Source: an uncultured virus (IMG/VR IMGVR_UViG_3300025372_000013) (taxonomy: Duplodnaviria; Heunggongvirae; Uroviricota; Caudoviricetes). From it: 64,000 nucleotides of DNA. The translations under genes were made by a program, and so were the position numbers. Positions 44,126 through 53,969 of the stretch are shown one piece after another (the first letter of the stretch is position 1; every line of letters begins with the position of its first letter). The stretch lies in IMG/VR virus record IMGVR_UViG_3300025372_000013. One strand, written 5' to 3'. A model generated the notes under the pieces. It was not told where the DNA came from, made no database searches, and saw only the letters and a list, made by a program, of their open reading frames with translations.

Positions 44126-44801
44126 TCTTTCTACGATCCCCTCCTGGTGCTTTTACTGGAACATCTACAAACGCTTCCGATGCAAAGCTTGCCATCGGAC
44201 TTCCATAGACACCCTCCCACTGATTTAGCGGGACGTTGGTTGTAACAATGGTTGGTAGCCCTGCGTTAAACCTAGAACGTAGCAAAGCATCAAACTGATT
44301 CTCAGACCAACCGCTTGCCGTCCTATATTCTTTGCCTAGGTCATCCAGTACAAAGAAGGGTACGTTATTAACGCCGGCTGCGTCCCCATAGATGCTGTCT
44401 AACTTGAGTTGGACATTTTCATCCATTTCGTCAAATTGAGACTTCTGAAGGCGTAGGAGCTTTGGATAGTCCATAAAGACCCCTACACGTTTTGGAAGCT
44501 TTCCAGGTGTTCCTAGGACCTCCCCTGAGATACCCCTAATCAGGCTCTGAAGGGCCGTAGAGGCGAGAGTAGTCTTGCCGTGACCTGGACTACCCACCAG
44601 CACTAGCCCAACCCCGCAGTTGGGGCTTCCAAGGCTTTTTACAACTTGGCCGTCTAGAACTTGGTTGACCCAAACCTGTACCATCCTCAATGCTGGAGTA
44701 TCCTCAAGATCTGAGAACTCCAAGCCAATGTGCTTGAGTGGGATTCCTGAGTTGAGGATCTGCTGCTTGATGCTTGGAGCAATCTTGCTGATATCAAACA
44801 T
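44118..44801 (-). CDS. DnaC/IstB-like helicase loader ATPase
   Basis: GSPGHGKT, LDDLGKE, R.....PTIVTTN. Confidence 0.88.
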   Translation of the reverse strand: MFDISKIAPSIKQQILNSGIPLKHIGLEFSDLEDTPALRMVQVWVNQVLDGQVVKSLGSPNCGVGLVLVGSPGHGKTTLASTALQSLIRGISGEVLGTPGKLPKRVGVFMDYPKLLRLQKSQFDEMDENVQLKLDSIYGDAAGVNNVPFFVLDDLGKEYRTASGWSENQFDALLRSRFNAGLPTIVTTNVPLNQWEGVYGSPMASFASEAFVDVPVKAPGGDRRKNG

Positions 44802-45724
44802 TACTTACCTCCAAGTAGTCTCAACATCTTCTCCTGATAGATCAGGTCATCGTCTTCTTCGTGTAGAACGGTCTTGTTCTTTACCTGCGCTTGAATTGTT
44901 GGGTAGTAAGCAAAGAAGCGTTGCCACAAAGCTTTGCCCTGACCAACGTTGTGGAGATTGCGAGGATCATTAAAGAACATACGGATTGCTTTCAGTATAG
45001 CGTAATGATCTGTGCCTTCGCCAATTTGCTTGTTAATCCAGGTCGAGATGTACTTGCCATTTACTTGGCCCGTCATATTGGGGGCTGCCTTTTCGGCAAG
45101 GTCATAGAACTCTGCCAGCAAATCCTGCGTAGTCCAGAGCTCTTCTGGAGTATTGATACGATCTCGACTCTTCTTCTGAGCTTTTACTGGCTTCTTGTAT
45201 TTTGCGTTTAGGCGAGCCTGACGGTCTTCAAGCTTACCTACAGCGCCAACGATATCTTCGCCCTTCATGATTGCTAGGCGGCGAAGTTGACTCTTGGTTA
45301 GCGGAGCTTCTTCTTCGTCTCCATCAAGGTTCCAACCCACTGCTTCCTCCTTAAGGGGCGCTTGCGCCCCCATAGATATAACTTCGTTAGAAGTTATATC
45401 TATGTTATTACTAGTATTAGTAGCTATATAGTTGTCTATATACAGGTGCCCTGAAAACCCGGGTTTCACAGAAATCAGCTTTAAAGCCTCATCAGTAAAC
45501 TTAAGCTGAGAGATCCATTGGTTATTATTTCTGACACGGACGGTCTTGATGTACCTAAAGTCCTTGAGTTCATTTATGGCAGCCTGAAGAGCGTCACGGC
45601 CTTCCATGACGTCTTGGCTTTCTCGAAGTTCGTCTGCAGAGATAACCCTACCCTTTTCTGCAAAATGGTAGAACAAAGCTCTGGCCCTAAGCGAAAGCTT
45701 AGGATTTGAAATTGGTGTTAACAT
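44801..45724 (-). CDS. Replication initiator-like protein (N-terminal wHTH)
   Basis: LS..A..L, EGRDA...AI.EL....YI; precedes loader and helicase. Confidence 0.7.
   Translation of the reverse strand: MLTPISNPKLSLRARALFYHFAEKGRVISADELRESQDVMEGRDALQAAINELKDFRYIKTVRVRNNNQWISQLKFTDEALKLISVKPGFSGHLYIDNYIATNTSNNIDITSNEVISMGAQAPLKEEAVGWNLDGDEEEAPLTKSQLRRLAIMKGEDIVGAVGKLEDRQARLNAKYKKPVKAQKKSRDRINTPEELWTTQDLLAEFYDLAEKAAPNMTGQVNGKYISTWINKQIGEGTDHYAILKAIRMFFNDPRNLHNVGQGKALWQRFFAYYPTIQAQVKNKTVLHEEDDDLIYQEKMLRLLGGK
45371..45404. repeat. 15-bp perfect inverted repeat in AT-rich linker of initiator (candidate origin)
   Basis: CATAGATATAACTTC-GTTA-GAAGTTATATCTATG. Confidence 0.6.
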
Positions 45725-45744
45725 ATTACCCTCCTGCTTATAGT

Positions 45745-46020
45745 TTAGCGTCTAGGTATACGGTTTGGCAAACCACGAACCGTTCTAGGATTTACTCCCG
45801 TAAAAAGTTGCTCAACAAGGTATGACAACGTAAGCCCTAAGAAAGTTGAAGCTAGGGAGTACACAAATAAATATTTTGTCCTTGTATCTAAGTTTAGACA
45901 AAACAAAGTAGAAAGTATAAGAGCTGTTAAGCCCCTCCACTTACCGAGATTGATTAGTAGACCTTCCACAGCAGTCAGCAAACATGCTGTGGCTAGTCCA
46001 GAGATAATAATTTGTGTCAT
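45745..46020 (-). CDS. Small membrane protein, leaderless
   Basis: Three hydrophobic segments; TATACT 6 nt before ATG. Confidence 0.65.
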   Translation of the reverse strand: MTQIIISGLATACLLTAVEGLLINLGKWRGLTALILSTLFCLNLDTRTKYLFVYSLASTFLGLTLSYLVEQLFTGVNPRTVRGLPNRIPRR

Positions 46021-46024
46021 GCCC

Positions 46025-49000
46025 TTAGTATACGGGGCGAAGAACTACCCTGTCAATTCCGAAAGCAACAGTGTTGCTATTTCCGCCTGTAGGAGTACAG
46101 GAGACAGATATTACTGCGTAAGCAGCACCGACTAAGTTAGAAGCATAATAGGTGGTTCCCAAGTATGCCCAACGATTTGTCTGAGTAACACTTGCAGTAA
46201 TTGGGGTGTTAGTCGGAGCATTAGTTGTTGCAGTCCAGACAACAGTTCCGGCAGTATTGTAGAAAGTGGTTGTGAGAGTAAACGTTCCTACAGCTGCAGT
46301 TTCTGGACGAACTGCTACAGCTAAGTAAAGTTTGGTGTTACCTGGAATATAAACGTTTCCTGTTGTAATTCCAAAGCTAGATCCAGTTCCCGCACTTAGA
46401 ACTCTTGCATAAGCTTGTCCATGAGAGACGTTGTCTCCAAACAACATTCCTCTTGAAACCTGTCGAGAAAGAGTTGAGTTTACTCCGGTCCAGTTACCTA
46501 GGCTTGATTCAAAGGAAGAGTTTGGAACAAGCGACCCTGTAAGATCTGCATATCCCGGCGTACTAACTCCAGAATCAATTCTCCAGGTGTTGCCTAAAGC
46601 TACCAGAGATCCAATGCTATTCTTAAGACGAGAAGCCTTAACACTATAGTTATAGATGTAGGTTCCCTTACCGCTGTTAATACTCTGTCGCCTTGCAGAC
46701 CAAATAGTCTTTGAAGTAGTTAGAGGATTAGGTACAGCAACAGTAGGGCTTGAGGTAACTAGGAACTGATTAGGAACTCTTCCGTATTCAGCCTGAACTG
46801 CATCTATGTGGAAGTACGTGCTTCCTGTTCCAGTAATAGTAACCCTACCGGCAGTTGCTCCGGAAGCCAAGGTTTGAACTGTGCTAATTCTTGTCCAGTT
46901 AGATGACTGTGCAGCAGGTACTGTAAATGTGCTTGAGCCAATAGTGTATGTGTATGCGGTATTTGCAGCACCACGAACATACGCAGATACCACGACATCT
47001 TCTCCACCAACAGATGTGCCAGAAAGATAGTACGTTCCAGTAATTGTTCCAGTAGTCGTGTATGTTACTGTACCCCATGAGCTGCCATCATAAGCCAATG
47101 TGTATCCATTATCACTGGAGCTTTTGGTAAGAGTTGTTCCAGTTCCTACAGACCAATCTGAGGTATCGGTTTCAAAAGAGCTATTAGACATTAGGTTAGA
47201 GATAACCTTTGTCTCCCAAAGACAGTTGTTGATATTATGATAGGGAGCAGAAGTAGGATCTGCAGGAGTAACCCCGCCATTTCCAGAGTAGTAGTTGTTT
47301 ACCGTAGAAGATGGTTCTAGCATGGTTGCATCTATCCAGAATGATTGGCCAGTTGTTGCATTAGGGAAGTACACAGAGCACTTAGCTAAAGGCATTCCTG
47401 AGTCTTGATCATACTGGGGTGCGATAGCTGTTACGCCAAGTTGGGTAGTGGTTGTGCCGATAGTAGCGTTATTTGTTTGGGTGTAAACAGTAGTTGGGTA
47501 GTACTGACCGTTAGCATCAGAGTAGATTGTTCCACCACTAACCGGGATAATAGACTTACCATTACTAGAGGTTTGATAGCTAGGTTGATTAGAAAACTCA
47601 ATCTGTACATAGGCAGGTTGAGAGGTTGCTGCTGTTATATATGCACTAAAGGTAAAGACAGTTCCAGGATCAACAGGTACCCAGTCACTTACATACCCCA
47701 CATATACGCTGCTGCTTGCATTAGCGGTAGCAGCTAATTTAGCTGAGTAATTACCGTGAACTACGTTTGTTGTATCTAATGTAAGAGTTCCATTTAAACC
47801 TGCCCATGAATGCAGGCTACCTGTAGGGATAAGAGTTACAGAGGACGCTGGACTTTCAAAGTCTGGGTTAGGCAAGTAGTTCTCGCCTTCGCCCCTAATA
47901 GCAACGTGGATAGTTCTTGAATCTTCAAAGTACAAAGATTGGTTAGCTACCTTTAACTGGAAGTAGTCAAAAGCATAGTTAGTTGCTGTTGCTGCTGATG
48001 GGGTTATAGTCAAGATTACTTTAGCAAATGAAGCGTTAATAGGGGCAGTATTGCCTACCAACCCAGCATATGTACTAAACCTTTGCCAAGCAGTAGATGA
48101 GGTTGTTGTAGGGCCAGCCGATGTAGTGCTGATATATAAACCTGTATAGGTATACCAAGCAATTTGGGCAGTAATGGTTGCTGATACCCCGCCAGTTTGA
48201 TGTGTAATATACCCGCTAAAAATGTAGCTGGTACCGGCAGATACAGGAATTCCATAGGTGGTTACGTCTGCAGTTGAAGAAGGCAAGGACATTGTTACAG
48301 GAGTTGTAGACGCTGTGGCTAGTTTAGCATACCCAGTACTTCTAGGAAGAAATGCGGTGTCATAAACCATTGTGGTTGGGTACAGTGTTGCTGGGAAAGA
48401 ACCTGTGTAGTTTCCGTTAGAATCTTTGGTGTATGTGTTTTGGGTAAAGGTTCCGCTGCTTACGTTCCAAGCCCCAAGAGATTCTTCAAATGAAGAATCA
48501 TTATAGGTAAGCATAAGGTTAAGACCTGTAGTAACCATGTTTTCTAAGTGTGTTGCCGCAACGGTATAGTTCTTAACGCCAAGAGGTTGACCCCTATAAG
48601 AAGAGATAACATTTCCTGCAGAAGCCAAAGATCTATGGTAGCTATCTCCCAAAGATGGTTGATAGGTAAAGCCAAAGTCTAAGATCTTAGGGTAAATAAA
48701 TGCATTTGGGGTGTAAGAAAAGTTGTTAGAGTTGGCTAATAGTTCGCCCTCTGTCCTAAACAGATCGTACATAAACGCAAACTGCTGCATTACCTTGTAA
48801 AAAGTGGTGTTGGTATCGCCGGTGTTACCGGAGTTTGGTACGCCTGTCTGGTCAAGAGACTCGGCGTCATTGAACCAAACCCTTGGGATCCAAGAGGATA
48901 TTTGAACTAGAGAGTCCTTGTCTTCTACAATTTTTGCGTAGCTGTCTCCACAGAAATGCCAGATAGATCCGTCAAAAACCCAAATAGAATAGCTAGCTTC

Positions 49001-49330
49001 TTTTCCAATAGAATCATAGTTAATATCTATATAGTTAGCTCCATAACCTAAATATACAGCAGCAGCACCAGTACCGCTAGATGAGTATGGGCCTCCGGCC
49101 AATTTAATTCCATCATTAGGGTTGTCTAAAGTACTTGTATAGCTTTTAACAAGCATCCAGTATGTAGGTGCTGGATCTGAAGCGGGCCAGGTAATAGTGC
49201 TCCAGTTAACAGATACAGTTCCATAGGTTGTAGCCGTAGCAACAACGTTAGCGTTGTAGTACGCTGTTGTATTAGACGCCGTGCCGTATTTAAACCCAGA
49301 GTTATATATCGAGGTATTGTACTTAGCCAT
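46025..49330 (-). CDS. Baseplate/tail-fibre protein with repeated CBM4/9-like modules
   Basis: Repeated N(P/S)SFE...W modules and Y.FS.Y strands; follows baseplate J. Confidence 0.75.
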   Translation of the reverse strand: MAKYNTSIYNSGFKYGTASNTTAYYNANVVATATTYGTVSVNWSTITWPASDPAPTYWMLVKSYTSTLDNPNDGIKLAGGPYSSSGTGAAAVYLGYGANYIDINYDSIGKEASYSIWVFDGSIWHFCGDSYAKIVEDKDSLVQISSWIPRVWFNDAESLDQTGVPNSGNTGDTNTTFYKVMQQFAFMYDLFRTEGELLANSNNFSYTPNAFIYPKILDFGFTYQPSLGDSYHRSLASAGNVISSYRGQPLGVKNYTVAATHLENMVTTGLNLMLTYNDSSFEESLGAWNVSSGTFTQNTYTKDSNGNYTGSFPATLYPTTMVYDTAFLPRSTGYAKLATASTTPVTMSLPSSTADVTTYGIPVSAGTSYIFSGYITHQTGGVSATITAQIAWYTYTGLYISTTSAGPTTTSSTAWQRFSTYAGLVGNTAPINASFAKVILTITPSAATATNYAFDYFQLKVANQSLYFEDSRTIHVAIRGEGENYLPNPDFESPASSVTLIPTGSLHSWAGLNGTLTLDTTNVVHGNYSAKLAATANASSSVYVGYVSDWVPVDPGTVFTFSAYITAATSQPAYVQIEFSNQPSYQTSSNGKSIIPVSGGTIYSDANGQYYPTTVYTQTNNATIGTTTTQLGVTAIAPQYDQDSGMPLAKCSVYFPNATTGQSFWIDATMLEPSSTVNNYYSGNGGVTPADPTSAPYHNINNCLWETKVISNLMSNSSFETDTSDWSVGTGTTLTKSSSDNGYTLAYDGSSWGTVTYTTTGTITGTYYLSGTSVGGEDVVVSAYVRGAANTAYTYTIGSSTFTVPAAQSSNWTRISTVQTLASGATAGRVTITGTGSTYFHIDAVQAEYGRVPNQFLVTSSPTVAVPNPLTTSKTIWSARRQSINSGKGTYIYNYSVKASRLKNSIGSLVALGNTWRIDSGVSTPGYADLTGSLVPNSSFESSLGNWTGVNSTLSRQVSRGMLFGDNVSHGQAYARVLSAGTGSSFGITTGNVYIPGNTKLYLAVAVRPETAAVGTFTLTTTFYNTAGTVVWTATTNAPTNTPITASVTQTNRWAYLGTTYYASNLVGAAYAVISVSCTPTGGNSNTVAFGIDRVVLRPVY

Positions 49331-49341
49331 TTACTGCCTCC

Positions 49342-51180
49342 TTAGGATGAAATACCGCCGCTAGCGTTGATGACTAGGTTTGTAGCAGTTAAGAATGGGA
49401 TCTGATTTGGTGCCAACGATAGGTCACCAGGAAGGACTCCAGCAGAAGGGGTTGAGCCATCTGTACTAAATTGAGTAGGTACAACAGATACTACTCCGCT
49501 TACTTGCTGAAGTGTGCTGATAAGCTGAGACACAGGGATGTTTGCTCCAAAGGAGTTATTGCTGTACTCAAATATTCCACCAGTTCCAAGAACAGCCTGG
49601 TAGATACCTAATACTACATCTGCATTCTTATATGCTGGATTTACCTTAACAGTCAAAGTTAGGTACACAGGAACATATACAGGAGGAAGAATATTTAGAG
49701 TTGTTCCTAGCATGATCTTATCAGTCATGTAGCTAGCTACAGTAGCCTTCAAAGAGTTAGACAGGGAAGTACCTACTACAGAACCCCAAGCGCTGGTAGG
49801 AGTTAGGTTAACGACAGTTCCTGCAACAAACGGATCTAATCCGCCTGTAGTTAGTGCGCCGGTAACTGCACTAGAGATTGTAAATGTATTGGCTCCAGTA
49901 ACTGTAATAGCTTGGCCCTGCAAGTTATATGTGTACGGACGGATTCCTGAAATGTTTACTAGATCGCCTGTAGAAAAGTTGTGTGGATACTTGGTTGTGT
50001 ATGACACAACTGTTCCTGTTCCACCGCTGCCAGAAGTTCCTACGTCAGTAATAATTGCTGAAGGTAGGCCCGGAGTTGGTGAAGTAGATCCTGCGGAAAT
50101 CGGTTGGACGTAAAGGTTTACAGAGGTAAAGACATTTGCTGTAGCTGCTGCCTTACCTACGCCAAAAGCCTGCAAGGCAATATTTCCATAGTCAGCTAAA
50201 GTTACAGCCCTACCTCTAGACCTAAGAGATGCTTGAATCTTTGTTCTAATCTGATTAAGGTTATCCCCGTCAGCTCCGCCAGAAGCAGCTACTGAGTTTG
50301 TAACTGTAAAGTAGGTAGAGACTTGAGGATCTACGTTTCCAGGAACAAAAGAAATTTCAGTAATAGCTCCAGCTAATACGTTTCCTGAAGAACCTACGCT
50401 ACTCCTATATAGAGAGCTGATAAGTTGTCCAGACAAAGGAATTGCTCCGTTAACCCCATCACCAAACTGAATGTTAAGGGTACCGTCAGCGTTCCTAACC
50501 GTAGTAAATACGGTGTCTTTAGGACCTGCCTCTAGTAGGTTATCTTGATATGTCCAGGTATTAAATGCTACTCCCTGCCCTACATAAACATAGATAGAGC
50601 TATCAATAACGCCTAGATCAATAATTGTATATGACTGGTTTGCACTACCGTCAGATGTTCCTAAGCTTAAAGGAAGAGCCTGGTTATAGGTGCTGTCAAT
50701 AAGGTCAGGACGATCCGTATTTACGGTCTTTCCTTCATTAGCGTTTACAGTAACCTGTGCACCAGGCTGAACAGCTGTTGCTGCTTGAGTGGTTTCAAAA
50801 TAAGCTAGAGAATATGGACCATAGGTAAGTGGGGCGATAACCTGCGTTCCCACAGGAAGGGTAACGGTGTTGGTACTTGTATTTGTAAAGGTTACATTAA
50901 CTGTTGCTGGTACAGGTCCACTAGGATGGAAGTCATAAAGAGTGGCAAGGTTCAAAAGACTCTGCGTTTGAATAGCGGTTTGAATTGACGTCTCATTAGC
51001 AGCTCGGTCAAGGTAGTGAGACATGATGTCGCCCATATATGCAAAGGTCTCTACCAATACGTTACCCAAGTCTGAGTAATCGGTAGGGTTCCAATTGGTA
51101 CCTGTAGCTGTGGAGATGAGGTTGATTAGGTCGGCCTTTAAAGAGTTAAAGTCTCTTGAGGTATAGTCAATTTGCGTCAT
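49342..51180 (-). CDS. Baseplate wedge (J/gp6-like)
   Basis: DYTSRDF, D.G..L.E.FAY, FGDG..G..P, GGAD, RAVT..DY. Confidence 0.9.
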   Translation of the reverse strand: MTQIDYTSRDFNSLKADLINLISTATGTNWNPTDYSDLGNVLVETFAYMGDIMSHYLDRAANETSIQTAIQTQSLLNLATLYDFHPSGPVPATVNVTFTNTSTNTVTLPVGTQVIAPLTYGPYSLAYFETTQAATAVQPGAQVTVNANEGKTVNTDRPDLIDSTYNQALPLSLGTSDGSANQSYTIIDLGVIDSSIYVYVGQGVAFNTWTYQDNLLEAGPKDTVFTTVRNADGTLNIQFGDGVNGAIPLSGQLISSLYRSSVGSSGNVLAGAITEISFVPGNVDPQVSTYFTVTNSVAASGGADGDNLNQIRTKIQASLRSRGRAVTLADYGNIALQAFGVGKAAATANVFTSVNLYVQPISAGSTSPTPGLPSAIITDVGTSGSGGTGTVVSYTTKYPHNFSTGDLVNISGIRPYTYNLQGQAITVTGANTFTISSAVTGALTTGGLDPFVAGTVVNLTPTSAWGSVVGTSLSNSLKATVASYMTDKIMLGTTLNILPPVYVPVYLTLTVKVNPAYKNADVVLGIYQAVLGTGGIFEYSNNSFGANIPVSQLISTLQQVSGVVSVVPTQFSTDGSTPSAGVLPGDLSLAPNQIPFLTATNLVINASGGISS

Positions 51181-51182
51181 GA

Positions 51183-51575
51183 TCAGATTCCTGTTGGTCC
51201 GTAGTAGTTAAAGGTAGCAAGGCTAGAAGTTAAAGAGGCAACATCATCATTAGGCAATACAAGGCTTATAGAAACAGTGTCTACGCCTTCAAAGTCAACC
51301 CCCGAAACAGTTACCGTAACATCTTTGATGTCAGGGATCCAAGTTTTAATAGCGGACTTAATAGCCTGTGGTATAGCAAGTTTAGCATCATTATCGTTTT
51401 CAAACAAGGCAGATGCCCAATTTACTCCATAGGTAGGAAGCATAGGTCTTTGCCCTACGTTGGTGCTCAGTAGGGTAAGAACCCTATCAAGATATACTTT
51501 GGTTATGGTTTGGGCCTGATTGACCACACCTGTGTTTGGATCAACGCTATAAGGATAGCTTAGAGCTGCGGTCAT
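51183..51575 (-). CDS. gp25/GPW-like baseplate protein
   Basis: LL.T..G.R.M.P.YG....LFE, AI..W.P. Confidence 0.88.
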   Translation of the reverse strand: MTAALSYPYSVDPNTGVVNQAQTITKVYLDRVLTLLSTNVGQRPMLPTYGVNWASALFENDNDAKLAIPQAIKSAIKTWIPDIKDVTVTVSGVDFEGVDTVSISLVLPNDDVASLTSSLATFNYYGPTGI

Positions 51576-52207
51576 GCTTGTACTCCAATCCATACTGGGT
51601 ATTCAGGGTCCCCAGCAACAAACATAACCCATACAAGTTGCCCTACTTCAGGAACAGTTCTATGAAACGTATGCTCAGGGCGATTTGGGTTAGCTGCTGT
51701 ACCGGCTGTAGTTCCCGGAGCAGATATCCCACTAGCAGAAGTATATGTACTTATTTCTTGAGCGTCAGTAGAACTGGCGTTTGAGTACGGAGATGAAGCA
51801 ACAACTGTAGTGTTAGGGTTGTACATTGGGTGAACAGTTTGATGGGCGTGGTTAAGTTGACCTGTTGCCGACTTAGCTACAACGGTAAGTGCCGGAACAG
51901 TGACAGTTACTGTACCGCCTTGAGGATCTGCGCCGGATGCGCTTGTAGATGTGGTAGTAAGAAGAGCAGCAATCTGACTAGCAGTGTGGGGGTTATGGTC
52001 AGGATGATATGAGTTGTCGGTAATAGGTAAACAGGCCAAAGCCCAGTTAGTTACTTCTCCTCCTGTAGGCTGAGGAATTTGAACTTGAATTCTGCTTCTT
52101 CCGGTAGGGTCTTGGTTATTTATAACCTTGGCTGAGTAGATTCCGTAGAACCGTGTTCGGCCCATAAAGTCCATACCGTAGTCTGTCTCGTTTGGTAGCG
52201 CCATCAC
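51572..52207 (-). CDS. gp5/VgrG OB-fold baseplate spike protein
   Basis: DP....RI.V..P, P.VG..VWV.F..GDP.YPVW.G. Confidence 0.85.
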   Translation of the reverse strand: MMALPNETDYGMDFMGRTRFYGIYSAKVINNQDPTGRSRIQVQIPQPTGGEVTNWALACLPITDNSYHPDHNPHTASQIAALLTTTSTSASGADPQGGTVTVTVPALTVVAKSATGQLNHAHQTVHPMYNPNTTVVASSPYSNASSTDAQEISTYTSASGISAPGTTAGTAANPNRPEHTFHRTVPEVGQLVWVMFVAGDPEYPVWIGVQA

Positions 52208-52821
52208 TTCACAACCTTACTGTTAGTTTTAGACGCCCATTGTACATTCTTTTTAATATTGTTGTTATTGGGCGCCTTTGCCTTGTTAGGGGTAGTTCCA
52301 GGCACTGCAGGAACTGCGGTAGGAGAAATGCCAACGTTTGCGCTATTTGGCACAGAGATTGTCGGAGGTACTAAAGATCTTAGGTTAGGGCTTGTCTTGT
52401 ATTCAGATAAAGATGAACCCGAGGAAGTAAGAGACTGTCCAGCCAAGTCACTTTGAATGTCTCTTTGTTGTGCCCTTGTTGAAGCAGCTGGATCTACATC
52501 CCCAATAATATCTGTACCTACTTCTAACTCCATTAGGTAGTTTGCAGGCCTACCACCAAAACGGTGGGTTATAGATAATACGGTCCAATACCCAGACATG
52601 TTGTTAGGTAGGCCGTCTAAATAAATAGGATCAAAAAGCTTTATGGTTGGGTCAGGAAACAGAACAACAACAGCCCTATGTTGATACCTGTGGTTTTCTG
52701 CATAGTTAGATGCGATGGTTTTAGACTCTGTTAAGCTAGTTGCAACCTCGTGTACATGGTGCTTTTTAAATACAGAGGTAGGTAAATTCTTAGGACTATT
52801 ATTAGAAAAGTTACTAGTCAT
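52204..52821 (-). CDS. C-terminal half of baseplate hub (gpD/gp27-like)
   Basis: DP.I.....I.L.G.....SG.W.V..ITH.F. Confidence 0.65.
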   Translation of the reverse strand: MTSNFSNNSPKNLPTSVFKKHHVHEVATSLTESKTIASNYAENHRYQHRAVVVLFPDPTIKLFDPIYLDGLPNNMSGYWTVLSITHRFGGRPANYLMELEVGTDIIGDVDPAASTRAQQRDIQSDLAGQSLTSSGSSLSEYKTSPNLRSLVPPTISVPNSANVGISPTAVPAVPGTTPNKAKAPNNNNIKKNVQWASKTNSKVVK

Positions 52822-53698
52822 GCTGCACCTTTCCAAATGAAGGAGAGGCAAAGTATTCTGGGTTAGGTATAACAACACCAGAAGTACTGGTCTTTGGAGC
52901 GTTGTATTTGTGTACGCTGTTAAGAACAGTATTTGTTTGGTGGTTTGTTCCAGTAATAACCCGGTCTACCCTAACCCCTGCTTCAGGAGATTGATCTGAA
53001 ATAATTGGGTGGAAAGACAGGATGTCACCTAATAGTTTTCGTTCTCTAGGAACAGCACCAGCATTTTCATCATTAATGTAGTTAAAGTATGGGGCAGAGT
53101 TCTTCTTGCTTTGATAGATCTTGTCCTTAGACACAAAATAGATAGTGGTGTTTTCTGCAAGAAGCGTAAAGCCGGTCTGTTTTGCTAGGCGTCTCAGAAG
53201 CTGCCAAAAGCTTTCTCCAGAATGAACAATGGCTGCACGTTGACGTGGGTGCCTTTGTGTAACCGCCTCAAACCCAAAACGCTGGCAGATCTTAGTTACT
53301 ACCTGGTCTGCAGTAACATTCTTGTAAACCTTTTGCTCAGTGTCTTTTAGAACCCAAGTAGCACCTACACAGATTAAGTCGGTATTTCCACCTTGATGGG
53401 TATTAGTTTGGTCTACGTGGTTTACATAGCCATTCCATACAACTTTTTTCTTTCCAGAAACCATAGTAAAAATAACCGGATCTCCGGATATGATGGCAGA
53501 TCTTTTTAAGAAGGGGTTGCCTTTAAAGTGCAGGACTAACCTGTCATGCTGCTCTATATCTTGATGTAGCTCAGCACCTAGTAAGTGCAGATCCATATCA
53601 GGGGCTTTTGGAAAGGATACAGTAAAAGAAGCTTTGTAGCTTTCAGCTCTCCAAATAAATTGCTGCAGTCCTGGAGACAATGAGTAATTAGTTGCCAT
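52814..53698 (-). CDS. N-terminal half of baseplate hub (gpD/gp27-like)
   Basis: T..QVV..I....G, ES.WQLLRRLA...GF. Confidence 0.75.
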   Translation of the reverse strand: MATNYSLSPGLQQFIWRAESYKASFTVSFPKAPDMDLHLLGAELHQDIEQHDRLVLHFKGNPFLKRSAIISGDPVIFTMVSGKKKVVWNGYVNHVDQTNTHQGGNTDLICVGATWVLKDTEQKVYKNVTADQVVTKICQRFGFEAVTQRHPRQRAAIVHSGESFWQLLRRLAKQTGFTLLAENTTIYFVSKDKIYQSKKNSAPYFNYINDENAGAVPRERKLLGDILSFHPIISDQSPEAGVRVDRVITGTNHQTNTVLNSVHKYNAPKTSTSGVVIPNPEYFASPSFGKVQHD

Positions 53699-53969
53699 AT
53701 GGAATCCTTATTTTAGTGCCAGGAGCTATATGGAATGGGTTTGTAATCTCAGGATTAATGTCCATAATTTCCCACCAAAAATTAGAACCCAACCCATACT
53801 CATGAGCAATTCTTCCTAGGCTATCCCCATCTCGCCACAGGTAATTTACATAGTTAATAGACTGATTACCAGGCCAGTTTCTAAAAACAGAGATCTCATA
53901 ATCTCCTGTGTACTTATTTGGGGTTTGAGCCAAAGGCCCATCATAATAACGAGAGACTCTTTCTATCAT
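53688..53969 (-). CDS. LysM/tail-X baseplate protein
   Basis: SRY, GD.L..IA..Y....WW.I.D.NP, PGT.IRIP. Confidence 0.88.
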   Translation of the reverse strand: MIERVSRYYDGPLAQTPNKYTGDYEISVFRNWPGNQSINYVNYLWRDGDSLGRIAHEYGLGSNFWWEIMDINPEITNPFHIAPGTKIRIPYGN

